IMG/VR virus record: IMGVR_UViG_3300021375_000006
Direction: 5' to 3' (one strand)
Source of the DNA: a virus
Lineage: Duplodnaviria > Caudoviricetes
Length of the DNA stretch: 64,000 nt
Below the pieces are notes generated by a model. That model was not told the DNA's origin. It saw only the letters and a list, made by a program, of their open reading frames with translations, and ran no database searches. Shown here piece by piece: positions 44,453 through 52,228 of this stretch (position 1 is its first letter; the number at the start of each line of letters is the position of its first letter). The position numbers and the translations under genes are program-made.

Positions 44453-45049
44453 TTAAACTTTACCAGCAATTATAGCTTTTCCTCTACGAATTCTATTTTT
44501 GATAGTCTGAAGAGGTAAGTCATACTTTTTAGCAATGTCTTCATATTTCATATTGTTAAGTAGCCTATCTTCTAGAATACCTTTGTACATTGGCTTAAGA
44601 GTTTCAATACCTTTAAGAGCTTGTTCGTATCTATTCATTAGCTCGTCATCTTCATCAATCCAATCTTGCTCAGATTTATATTCCATTTCAACAAGTAGAT
44701 CCTTTGCAGAAGTTCTAGCATAATACCTAGATACTTCTATTCCACTATCTTGAAGTGCATCAATAGATCTTTTTTTGTTTCTTTGGCGAATCCAGCCTAG
44801 ACATTCATTGAATGCAATTCTGTAAAGCCATGTTGTGATTTGATATTGTGGATCGTATTGGTCTATTTTAGTCCACATTTTAGTAAGTGTATTTGTGACA
44901 ATGTCATCTTTAGCATCATTGTCTTTGACTACGTTAAAGACATAGTTCTCTAAGCCTGGTTTTATTTTATCATATAAGACTTTGTAGTCTTTTTCTGATC
45001 TGGATTTTGTAAAATTTTCTGCTAGTTCGCGATAGGATTTTTTAGACAT
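44453..45049 (-). CDS. ECF-like RNA polymerase sigma factor
   Basis: Region 2 DDIV...TKMW..I.QYD...ITTWLYRIAFNEC; region 4 MKYEDIAKKYDLPLQTIKNRIRRGK. Confidence 0.88.
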   Translation of the reverse strand: MSKKSYRELAENFTKSRSEKDYKVLYDKIKPGLENYVFNVVKDNDAKDDIVTNTLTKMWTKIDQYDPQYQITTWLYRIAFNECLGWIRQRNKKRSIDALQDSGIEVSRYYARTSAKDLLVEMEYKSEQDWIDEDDELMNRYEQALKGIETLKPMYKGILEDRLLNNMKYEDIAKKYDLPLQTIKNRIRRGKAIIAGKV

Positions 45050-45078
45050 ATATGCTTTTTTAGGTTAAACTTCTTAAT

Positions 45079-45137
45079 AACTGTACTAATATAATAAAAA
45101 TAACTGATATAAAAAAATGTTTTTGCAATTATTTTGT
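45079..45137 (-). promoter_or_regulatory. Early-type promoter motif, copy 4 (sigma factor)
   Basis: Same motif as 18320, ~30 nt upstream of sigma ATG. Confidence 0.75.
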
Positions 45138-45191
45138 AATTAGTTTGTCTGTTAGTAGTATTATTACATGCTTTTTCGCAAACTTACATAA

Positions 45192-45251
45192 TTACAGTAC
45201 AAATATACGAAAAAAAACTGACATAAAAAAATATTATGGCAGTTATTTTGT
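45192..45251 (-). promoter_or_regulatory. Early-type promoter motif, copy 5 (tandem with copy 4)
   Basis: CAAAATAACTGCC...TTTTTTATGTCAG...CGTATATTTGTACTGTAA, containing exact TAnnTTTG. Confidence 0.75.
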
Positions 45252-45268
45252 AAAAGTTATTAACAATT

Positions 45269-45787
45269 TTAGAAATCTTGAAAAATTTCAATAAGTTTAG
45301 GTAACTCTTGTGGTTTGTGTCCCCATAGATCTGTTGACACATTAATAATCCTTTTTTTAGGATCTGATTTGAATTGTTTAGCTGGATAACCAATAAAAGA
45401 ATACCATTTCTTTCTTTTACCTGGCCATGCTGCTAATGGATAGTAGGATAGAGATGCTTTATTTTTTGCATCTTCTTCGATACACTTTATGATTTTACAG
45501 CCAGGTCTTAGCATATTCTTACTATCTAATAATTCTAAAGCTTGGTCATGTTCTCCTAAACAGAATAAGATTTTACCGTTTAATCTTAACATTGCATCTT
45601 GTCCAGTTTTAGGGTCATGTGCAAAATTACCTAAATGATAAACTATATCATTTTTTGTAACCGTTTCATTCCAAAGTGAAATTAATTTATCTGTCATCTC
45701 ATCGACGTTTTCAAAGTCTCGATTATACTTTTTAATAGCTGTCGGTCTACCTAATTGTAGATTTGATGTTACGAATATTTTACCCAT
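45269..45787 (-). CDS. Calcineurin-like metallophosphoesterase homolog with degenerate metal ligands
   Basis: FVTSNLQLG (for SDxH), W...V...D.VYHLGNF (for GD), LGEHD (for GNHD). Confidence 0.7.
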   Translation of the reverse strand: MGKIFVTSNLQLGRPTAIKKYNRDFENVDEMTDKLISLWNETVTKNDIVYHLGNFAHDPKTGQDAMLRLNGKILFCLGEHDQALELLDSKNMLRPGCKIIKCIEEDAKNKASLSYYPLAAWPGKRKKWYSFIGYPAKQFKSDPKKRIINVSTDLWGHKPQELPKLIEIFQDF

Positions 45788-46329
45788 TAGGCTACTATAA
45801 ATTTTATATTGTAATTATCCCAAAGCTCTCCAGTTAATGAAAGTTCGTTTACGCCTCCTTGTGCATTTTGAATTCTTTTATCATCTGAAATATCTACAAA
45901 AAGATAAAGTACAAAATCATAATGAGTTGCGTAAATCATTGACTGTCCAATACCAGCTCTAAGATCTGAACCTCTTTTTCCTTTCTTGAATTCAATAGCA
46001 ATTTTAATACCATTCATTTCAACTACCATGTCGGGTCTATTTCTAGTTCCCATAAAAAGGATATGATTAACAGTAGTGTTAACATCACCTTCCCATTTAA
46101 CAGAAGACTTAACTATTTCTTTTGCCTTCTCTTTATCATCCTCACCTTCAGAGACTAAATAATTTGTTAAGTCTCTAACAAGGTGTGGGTAAATAAATTG
46201 TTTGATCTGATCTTCTGACTTTTTCTTATAGTTCAGTGTTCCGAATATATCTTCATGTGTGATAGACTCAGAAATAAGATCTAAAAATTCTACTCTCTTC
46301 GAGGATTTACTTGCTTGTTTCATTTGCAA
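45787..46329 (-). CDS. PD-(D/E)XK restriction-endonuclease-like protein
   Basis: RPDMVV...IAIEFKKG...GIGQSMIY. Confidence 0.65.
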   Translation of the reverse strand: MQMKQASKSSKRVEFLDLISESITHEDIFGTLNYKKKSEDQIKQFIYPHLVRDLTNYLVSEGEDDKEKAKEIVKSSVKWEGDVNTTVNHILFMGTRNRPDMVVEMNGIKIAIEFKKGKRGSDLRAGIGQSMIYATHYDFVLYLFVDISDDKRIQNAQGGVNELSLTGELWDNYNIKFIVA

Positions 46330-46816
46330 CTGGTTCTACTTCCACTTCTACCTCTTCAGCACCTTGAATTTTAGTTTCTAATTCAGCTAATTCTTTATGT
46401 AAATCAGCTATTTCTTTATTCATAGTTGCTAATTCGGTCATAGCGGTAGATACAGTTTCTCCTACATGTGTTAACATAGTGATGAATTTTCTTGCATTTT
46501 CAATACCAGTACCTTCTACATTTAAAAGTGCTTGATATAAAGCATTTAATTCATGACCTCTTAGAGAAATAATAGTATCTTCGCTATCGGATTTTAATAA
46601 TTCTTTATTTTGCAATTTAAGTTGGTCATATAAAGTAACAACTACTGCTGCGTTATTAGTTTTCCAAGTATAACCTTTATTAAGGTGTTCCATTAAGGTT
46701 TTAACCATTTTTCTGTCATCAAACTTGATTTCAAATGTTTTCTCAGCTGCAGAAATCTGCATTTGGTCAACCTTTTCGGTTAATTCTTGTTTTTGTTTTG
46801 TTAGCGTTTTGCTCAT
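46307..46816 (-). CDS. Coiled-coil hypothetical protein
   Basis: 169-aa helical ORF. Confidence 0.6.
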   Translation of the reverse strand: MSKTLTKQKQELTEKVDQMQISAAEKTFEIKFDDRKMVKTLMEHLNKGYTWKTNNAAVVVTLYDQLKLQNKELLKSDSEDTIISLRGHELNALYQALLNVEGTGIENARKFITMLTHVGETVSTAMTELATMNKEIADLHKELAELETKIQGAEEVEVEVEPVANETSK

Positions 46817-46852
46817 TTTAATAAAAATTTAATCTAATTTATATATTGTTTT

Positions 46853-47326
46853 TTAAAAGTCATCATTTCTGACTCGTAAATCGAAGTCTTTGAAGTTCTC
46901 AAACTGGTCATCATCAGTATTCATCCTTCTAATGATAGAGTCATTTGGATCGTTTCTATATTCTAACCGTTCAACTCTAGTTATTCTAGGTGGATCTAAA
47001 TAAATTACCATACATTGGTCTCTGTATTCTTTAGGTAAAACATCTAAACCATCTTTTGACATTATCATTACATCGGCAAGATCGAAATCTTTTTTAGTCT
47101 GACCATAATACCATCCGTTAAACTCCATATACTCTACGAATTCTCCACATTCAATCATCGTTTCAAATTCTTCTTTGTCTACAAAATGATAATCTTGATG
47201 ATTAACTTCATTCTCTCTAGGAGGTCTAGTAGTGTGGCTAACACCGCTTACAAATCCTTTCTTAGCTAGTCTATTCTTTAAAAAATCTTTGCCTGCGGCT
47301 GCTTTACCTACTAGGATTAACTTCAT
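46853..47326 (-). CDS. Guanylate kinase-like protein
   Basis: GKAAAGKD P-loop; SHTTRPPRENEV...DYHFV; EFNGWYYG. Confidence 0.88.
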   Translation of the reverse strand: MKLILVGKAAAGKDFLKNRLAKKGFVSGVSHTTRPPRENEVNHQDYHFVDKEEFETMIECGEFVEYMEFNGWYYGQTKKDFDLADVMIMSKDGLDVLPKEYRDQCMVIYLDPPRITRVERLEYRNDPNDSIIRRMNTDDDQFENFKDFDLRVRNDDF

Positions 47327-47331
47327 AGTTC

Positions 47332-47475
47332 TTATACTGATTCTTTAGTTTTTGTTTTGTTTTTTATTGATTTAATAGCTAATGAAGCCACGAGTGCCAT
47401 AGCTGTGATGTTAAGTGCATTAGGATGCCAGTGTTCTCCACAAAATCCCATTGCATGGTAGATTAATTCTGTCAT
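47332..47475 (-). CDS. Membrane microprotein (47 aa)
   Basis: MTELIYHAMGFCGEHWHPNALNITAM...; fills gap. Confidence 0.5.
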   Translation of the reverse strand: MTELIYHAMGFCGEHWHPNALNITAMALVASLAIKSIKNKTKTKESV

Positions 47476-48074
47476 TTTTGTTTAATTTGATGTTTCCTTA
47501 AGTCTCTTACCACGTCTTTACGAACTGTTTCTAAATATTTCTTTCTTTTTGCGCTAGATACGAATGGTACTGACCAGAATTGTTTAGTCTTAGTCCATAA
47601 ACTAGCTCTCCAGCCAAAGACAAATGTAAATACTCCCATCACCAATCTAAGTTTAGGAGAGTTCAAATAAAGCGTTCTAACAGGCAGGGAAGGTGCGCCA
47701 TGTGTTATATAGGTTCTCACCTTTTTGTCGCTTAGAAACGGTCTGGGATATGCATAGGGACCTATCACTGGTACAAATTGATATGCATAGCCTGGAGTGA
47801 GTACTTCATCAAAGAATATCTCCATTCTTGGCGTTAATCTAAACCACCAGACTGGTGAGACAAAGTAAATACGATCTGCCCATTTAACTAGTTCTTTATA
47901 CTTGTCAATTAAATCTGTTCTAGGCCTAGCAAAACTATCTCTATACAGATCGATAACCTCAATTTCATTTAGATAGCCATCTTCTTCTAACAGAGTTTTC
48001 TTAATCGTCTTAAATATACCATTGTAGCAGAATGATTTCTCATCGGGATGGCCGACGACAATTAGGTTCTGCAT
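47472..48074 (-). CDS. Flavodoxin-like NAD(P)H dehydrogenase (quinone) family
   Basis: VVGHP..KSF, IDLY, WADRIYFVSPVWW, FDEVLTPGYAY; start moved to MQNL. Confidence 0.88.
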   Translation of the reverse strand: MQNLIVVGHPDEKSFCYNGIFKTIKKTLLEEDGYLNEIEVIDLYRDSFARPRTDLIDKYKELVKWADRIYFVSPVWWFRLTPRMEIFFDEVLTPGYAYQFVPVIGPYAYPRPFLSDKKVRTYITHGAPSLPVRTLYLNSPKLRLVMGVFTFVFGWRASLWTKTKQFWSVPFVSSAKRKKYLETVRKDVVRDLRKHQIKQK

Positions 48075-48212
48075 TCTTTCTTTCTTCTTACAAATTGCCA
48101 TTTTATTTCTTTTCTATTGGGTTCTCGTTCTCGTCGTATTCTGGTGCTGTCAATAATTCATAGGCAATCCAAATCCATGTGATTACAAATCCGATTGCAA
48201 ATAGTTTCCAAG

Positions 48213-48641
48213 TCATTCTGCTTTATTTAAGAGCCAAGAGCTCGATTGTATTTTATCTCCTAGACCATCTATCAATTCTACTCCGAGTTCTTTACAGATT
48301 TGAGCCTCTGGAATTGAGTTGTTATTCTGGTCTCCGCCGTTCGCAAACATAAATTTACGATGTATGGTAGTATTGTCTTTGACTATGGTTTCGATAGTCT
48401 CACAAACTGTTCTGTTTTTGTCGATCGACAAATAGGCTCTATCTACTACCCTCAATGAACTCACAATTTTTAAACGTTCTTCTTCATCTTGAAATGCTTT
48501 AGAGCCCTTTAGTTCTCTTTGTAGATCTGAGTTAACAATAACCCAAAGTTGGTCACCACATTTTCTAGCATTCTCAAAATACTCAATGTGGCCCTTATGA
48601 ATTGGGTTAAAATATCCGCTAACTATTACTACTCTTTGCAT
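48213..48641 (-). CDS. Cytidylyltransferase-family nucleotidyltransferase
   Basis: VSGYFNPIHKGH, VIVNSD, FANGGD, KIQSSSW. Confidence 0.9.
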   Translation of the reverse strand: MQRVVIVSGYFNPIHKGHIEYFENARKCGDQLWVIVNSDLQRELKGSKAFQDEEERLKIVSSLRVVDRAYLSIDKNRTVCETIETIVKDNTTIHRKFMFANGGDQNNNSIPEAQICKELGVELIDGLGDKIQSSSWLLNKAE

Positions 48642-48883
48642 TAGGGTGTATTTTCCGGTCCTCTTTGTACTTCTATAATTTTATTGTAAGCGATTGTATC
48701 ATTTTCTTTCGCCCAAGTTTTCCAGTGCTCCACATACTCCATAGCCTCGACTTTACCGCTGCCTGGAGTTATTCCCCATTTAATAAAGCGTACAGCATCT
48801 AATACATCTTCTAAGTGCAGTGTTTTGTAAGCCTCTTCCATATTTTGTGGCCTATCATCATAATGTTCGTGGAGTCCCATCAT
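48641..48883 (-). CDS. Hypothetical protein
   Basis: 80-aa ORF. Confidence 0.55.
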   Translation of the reverse strand: MMGLHEHYDDRPQNMEEAYKTLHLEDVLDAVRFIKWGITPGSGKVEAMEYVEHWKTWAKENDTIAYNKIIEVQRGPENTP

Positions 48884-49033
48884 AAAAATTTAGTATATTT
48901 AGTTAATTCTTGTTTTCTTGCCTCTTCTAATCTCTTTGCATGATATTCTTTTGCATACTGCTCCATGATTTTACTCATTTGAGTATAATGTGAAAATGCA
49001 TCACTGTCAATAGCCAGATCTGGCCATTCGTTT

Positions 49034-49870
49034 TTATCTAGCCAATCCGCCGCGCTCATATAAATACTCTCCTAAATCGTCTCTACTTGTTGGTACATCA
49101 TCCCATTTTGAATCATACCAAAATGTTCTACCGTTTCTATCTTTTCTCTTTGACATTTCTGCATTACCATAACACAACATAAACCGCTCCTGGATAGCTT
49201 CATCTCCAAATGGATTATCCCAATCCTTAATGCTTCCGCCACCTTTAGCATACGCTAGAAGTGGAATATCACGGCATAGATCTAGTAGTTTAGGGTATCT
49301 TGCGAATTGCATGCCTGCTGGTAAGAATGGATCTACATCATCAGCTCTATAAATAATTTCTGCTCTTAGGTAATTACCAATACCATTAAAATATTTTTGG
49401 TCCATTAACATTTCATAAAGTGGCTTCTTTAGTTTAGTCAGGTTAGTCATGACGTTATCCCAAAATGCTTTATACTCTGTTGTTGGATCTGGACCTCTAT
49501 TATCAGACCAAGATACACCCTGCTTCCACTTGCCAAAACGTCTGACATCTACAAAGGACATTGTAGTTCCGTCAGATCTATAAAATTTTAGGTGCGAATG
49601 TTTTGGCTCCTGCCCGGCGTTAGTCAGTTTAAAATGCCCGGACATACCCATCGTGATTCTTACAGGGATATATTGGTCTGAATGTTTATCTAAAAAGTAA
49701 AGTACCATTTCTTTACCCTTAGAAACTGCTTTAATTTTAAATGTTTCAAATGGAATATTAAGGTCCTCACATTTATGGACTGGATTCTTCTCCACTCTCA
49801 CGTAGGTTTGGCCTTCTGATACTTGGTTGACGTAGTCTGCTGTAAATTTGAGTTCCGCTAACTCTGGCAT
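49034..49870 (-). CDS. Fpg/Nei DNA glycosylase of NEIL1 (zincless finger) type
   Basis: N-term PE; GMSG; FVDVRRFG; DQKYFNGIGNYLRAEI.YR; DRNGRTFWY; no four-Cys finger. Confidence 0.9.
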   Translation of the reverse strand: MPELAELKFTADYVNQVSEGQTYVRVEKNPVHKCEDLNIPFETFKIKAVSKGKEMVLYFLDKHSDQYIPVRITMGMSGHFKLTNAGQEPKHSHLKFYRSDGTTMSFVDVRRFGKWKQGVSWSDNRGPDPTTEYKAFWDNVMTNLTKLKKPLYEMLMDQKYFNGIGNYLRAEIIYRADDVDPFLPAGMQFARYPKLLDLCRDIPLLAYAKGGGSIKDWDNPFGDEAIQERFMLCYGNAEMSKRKDRNGRTFWYDSKWDDVPTSRDDLGEYLYERGGLAR

Positions 49871-49913
49871 AATAAACTGATTTAGTTATTATAGAGAATT
49901 AGCGGGACTTGTT

Positions 49914-50459
49914 TCAATCTTTTGGCCAAAGTGCCTCTTTAATATTATCAGCTAAATTAGGTCCATGCTTGAATGCATCGATTTCCCATTTACGGTCTGG
50001 ATAGTTTATCTCAGTAATATCATAGATTGTATCACCTTTCCAAACTACTGCTTTGCCACCTAGGGTTTTTAACCAATTCATCTCATATTGTTGTAGATGA
50101 ATTAACTCATGTGCAATCGTGTTGATTGCTGTAGATCTGCTAATCCCCTTTTTTACGAAAATAGCATACTGATCGCCGTTCGTTTTAATATAGGCATCAG
50201 TTTCATAGTCACCTCCAAGCGATTGAGCTTGGTCTTGATTTCTAATAACCACTACCACATTACTAATCGACAGTCTGTCTAGACCAACCTGAACAATCGT
50301 GTCGAGGTAAGCCTTCTTGTGTAGATTAAATACTGCGTTACGGTTATTGAACTCGTAGTTTTCAAATTTGCGCTCTGGACGCGAAGCTAGATAAATGATT
50401 AGAGCTATAACTAATAGAACTATTACACCTATCCAGTGTTTAGTCTTCATATTCGCCAT
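49914..50459 (-). CDS. Membrane-anchored HExxH metallopeptidase-like protein
   Basis: N-terminal TM; TIAHELIHLQQ; WEIDA. Confidence 0.75.
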   Translation of the reverse strand: MANMKTKHWIGVIVLLVIALIIYLASRPERKFENYEFNNRNAVFNLHKKAYLDTIVQVGLDRLSISNVVVVIRNQDQAQSLGGDYETDAYIKTNGDQYAIFVKKGISRSTAINTIAHELIHLQQYEMNWLKTLGGKAVVWKGDTIYDITEINYPDRKWEIDAFKHGPNLADNIKEALWPKD

Positions 50460-50536
50460 TCCATTTTTGAGAACCTCCCGAATTGTATATATTCCAGGAT
50501 TGCTCCCAATAAATGTGGTCGTTGTTGTGGTTAGTA

Positions 50537-50698
50537 TTAGTACTCGTCATCGAATTCATCTAGATCTTGCATAGATCTGACATTTTTGTAGTTTAAGCCA
50601 CGCTCCTTGTTGCGTTGCTTTTTCTTTTTGAAGTTAAGTTTGCGGCGACGGTTTTCATCGTCATCTCGGGCGTCCCAGCGCTTGCTCGACTTATTCAT
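50537..50698 (-). CDS. Small highly charged protein
   Basis: MNKSSKRWDARDDDENRRRK...; start moved to in-gap ATG. Confidence 0.5.
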   Translation of the reverse strand: MNKSSKRWDARDDDENRRRKLNFKKKKQRNKERGLNYKNVRSMQDLDEFDDEY

Positions 50699-50715
50699 GA
50701 AGTAATTAAATAGTA

Positions 50716-50979
50716 TTAAGAGTTCTTGTCTCCAGGCCATTTTGTGTCTGGATATTCAAAAGGTTCCGAGTTAGTCCCATTGGTACTAGTTGTATACCAA
50801 GGTTGTCCAGGTCTATTTGGATCGTATGTCCAATCAGGATTAGAAGTCCAATATGGATTTGGATTATATGGGATATGTGTAATACCGTTATGGTTTTCAT
50901 TAGTTAGAAGTACTACTGCTTCTTCTGCAGTAATTTGCTTTTCGTCTAATAGTCTTTGTACAATGCTTGCCCTTGTCAT
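50716..50979 (-). CDS. Hypothetical protein with P/Y/W-rich tail
   Basis: IVQRLLDEKQITAEEAVVLL then PYNPNPYW. Confidence 0.65.
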   Translation of the reverse strand: MTRASIVQRLLDEKQITAEEAVVLLTNENHNGITHIPYNPNPYWTSNPDWTYDPNRPGQPWYTTSTNGTNSEPFEYPDTKWPGDKNS

Positions 50980-50982
50980 ATT

Positions 50983-51291
50983 TTATATATTTACTTTATG
51001 TGTATTAATAGCATTCATAATTTCAGAAATATTATCAGGGCTTAACCATCCTACTATATCGTCTTCTGCACCTGGTAGAATTTCTTTAGTAGCCCATTCA
51101 TTATTGTTATCTAAAATTGCAATTTCAAACGATTCATATTCTTCAATTAATTTTAGGTATAATTTAGGAGTACAGTATGCCATCTCACCACATACTACAG
51201 AGATTCTATATCCATTTTCAAATGTATACCATCCTGCCCATCCTCTTCCAAGTGGGTGTTTCGCAAATTTTAAATCGTTAAATGTTATCAT
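50983..51291 (-). CDS. Hypothetical phage protein
   Basis: MITFNDLKF...FENGYRISV...FEIAIL; track start at 51375 lies inside tRNA-Ser, so ATG 51291 preferred. Confidence 0.7.
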   Translation of the reverse strand: MITFNDLKFAKHPLGRGWAGWYTFENGYRISVVCGEMAYCTPKLYLKLIEEYESFEIAILDNNNEWATKEILPGAEDDIVGWLSPDNISEIMNAINTHKVNI

Positions 51292-51304
51292 AATTTTAAT
51301 TTTG

Positions 51305-51389
51305 CGGAGAAGGAGGGATTCGAACCCCCGGATCCGTGAAGATCGCCAGTTTTCAAGACTGGTGCATTCGACCACTCTGCCACTTCTCC
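51305..51389 (-). tRNA. tRNA-Ser(TGA), no encoded CCA
   Basis: GGAGAAG/CTTCTCC; CCAGT-CT TGA AA-ACTGG; variable arm. Confidence 0.95.
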
Positions 51390-51414
51390 TATGTTCTTTA
51401 GTCTATTAGATTAA

Positions 51415-51741
51415 TTACAAACGTATTGTTTCTTTCACTTTTTTCTTAAGTTTATCAACGGTGTGAAAGAGGCCGTCGACAAACGCCGTATTGTCATTAA
51501 ACCTAGCGTCAATTCTAGATTCCATTTTATCTGTTCTTGAGTCAATATATCTATATACCTCGTCAAAATCAGACCTTTGTGATTTATGTAGACCATCAAC
51601 TTCTTCGTCTACTCTTTTTTCCAAGTATTCTACTTGGGATTGCAATGCTGCAATCTGTCTCTGTGACTTAAACATTGAAACAACGCCAGCCAAAGCCAAC
51701 ACTGTTAAAACACCTAAACCATAAATTAATAATTGTTCCAT
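51415..51741 (-). CDS. Single-TM coiled-coil protein
   Basis: N-terminal TM; YIDSRTDK. Confidence 0.65.
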   Translation of the reverse strand: MEQLLIYGLGVLTVLALAGVVSMFKSQRQIAALQSQVEYLEKRVDEEVDGLHKSQRSDFDEVYRYIDSRTDKMESRIDARFNDNTAFVDGLFHTVDKLKKKVKETIRL

Positions 51742-51876
51742 ATTTTTATTGTTTTTATTTTGCGACTAAAGAACAATTACATTAATGGGCCTGCACTACA
51801 TGAATAGATAGCAGCCTTCATTCTCTGCTCTTCTAGCCATTTCATATAGGTCCAAATTTGTTTTAATCTTTTCATA

Positions 51877-52185
51877 TTAATTATCTAATTGATAATCATC
51901 TGGTGGCAATTGCTCCAAATAACTTACAGGTACTTTATTCCATTTAGCTTCTGTTGTACTATTCTCATCAACTAATTTATCATAATCGTATTTACCTTTA
52001 ATAAATTCGTTTAGTGCTTTACCTTGACTTTCAGCATTATTAAAAGATTCGAAATCAGAACGACTAACGCCGTTATATAAGTAGCTTGCATGATTAAAAT
52101 TTACAATTAATGTTTTAGTTTTGTAATTATACTCAGCTGATGTCAGTGTAGAACTGTCGTAATGTGATGTGGTGTTGGTAATCAT
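51877..52185 (-). CDS. KTSC-domain protein
   Basis: DSSTLTSAEYN...L.V.F....YLY..V......F..AESQGK..N..IKGKY. Confidence 0.85.
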   Translation of the reverse strand: MITNTTSHYDSSTLTSAEYNYKTKTLIVNFNHASYLYNGVSRSDFESFNNAESQGKALNEFIKGKYDYDKLVDENSTTEAKWNKVPVSYLEQLPPDDYQLDN

Positions 52186-52228
52186 AAAATATAATTTATG
52201 ACTTATATCTGATACTTAGTAAAAGTTT

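Noticed and set aside
50983-51375. 130-aa version of the ORF
   Set aside because: Its first 28 codons span tRNA-Ser and the adjacent spacer; ATG at 51291 is the plausible start
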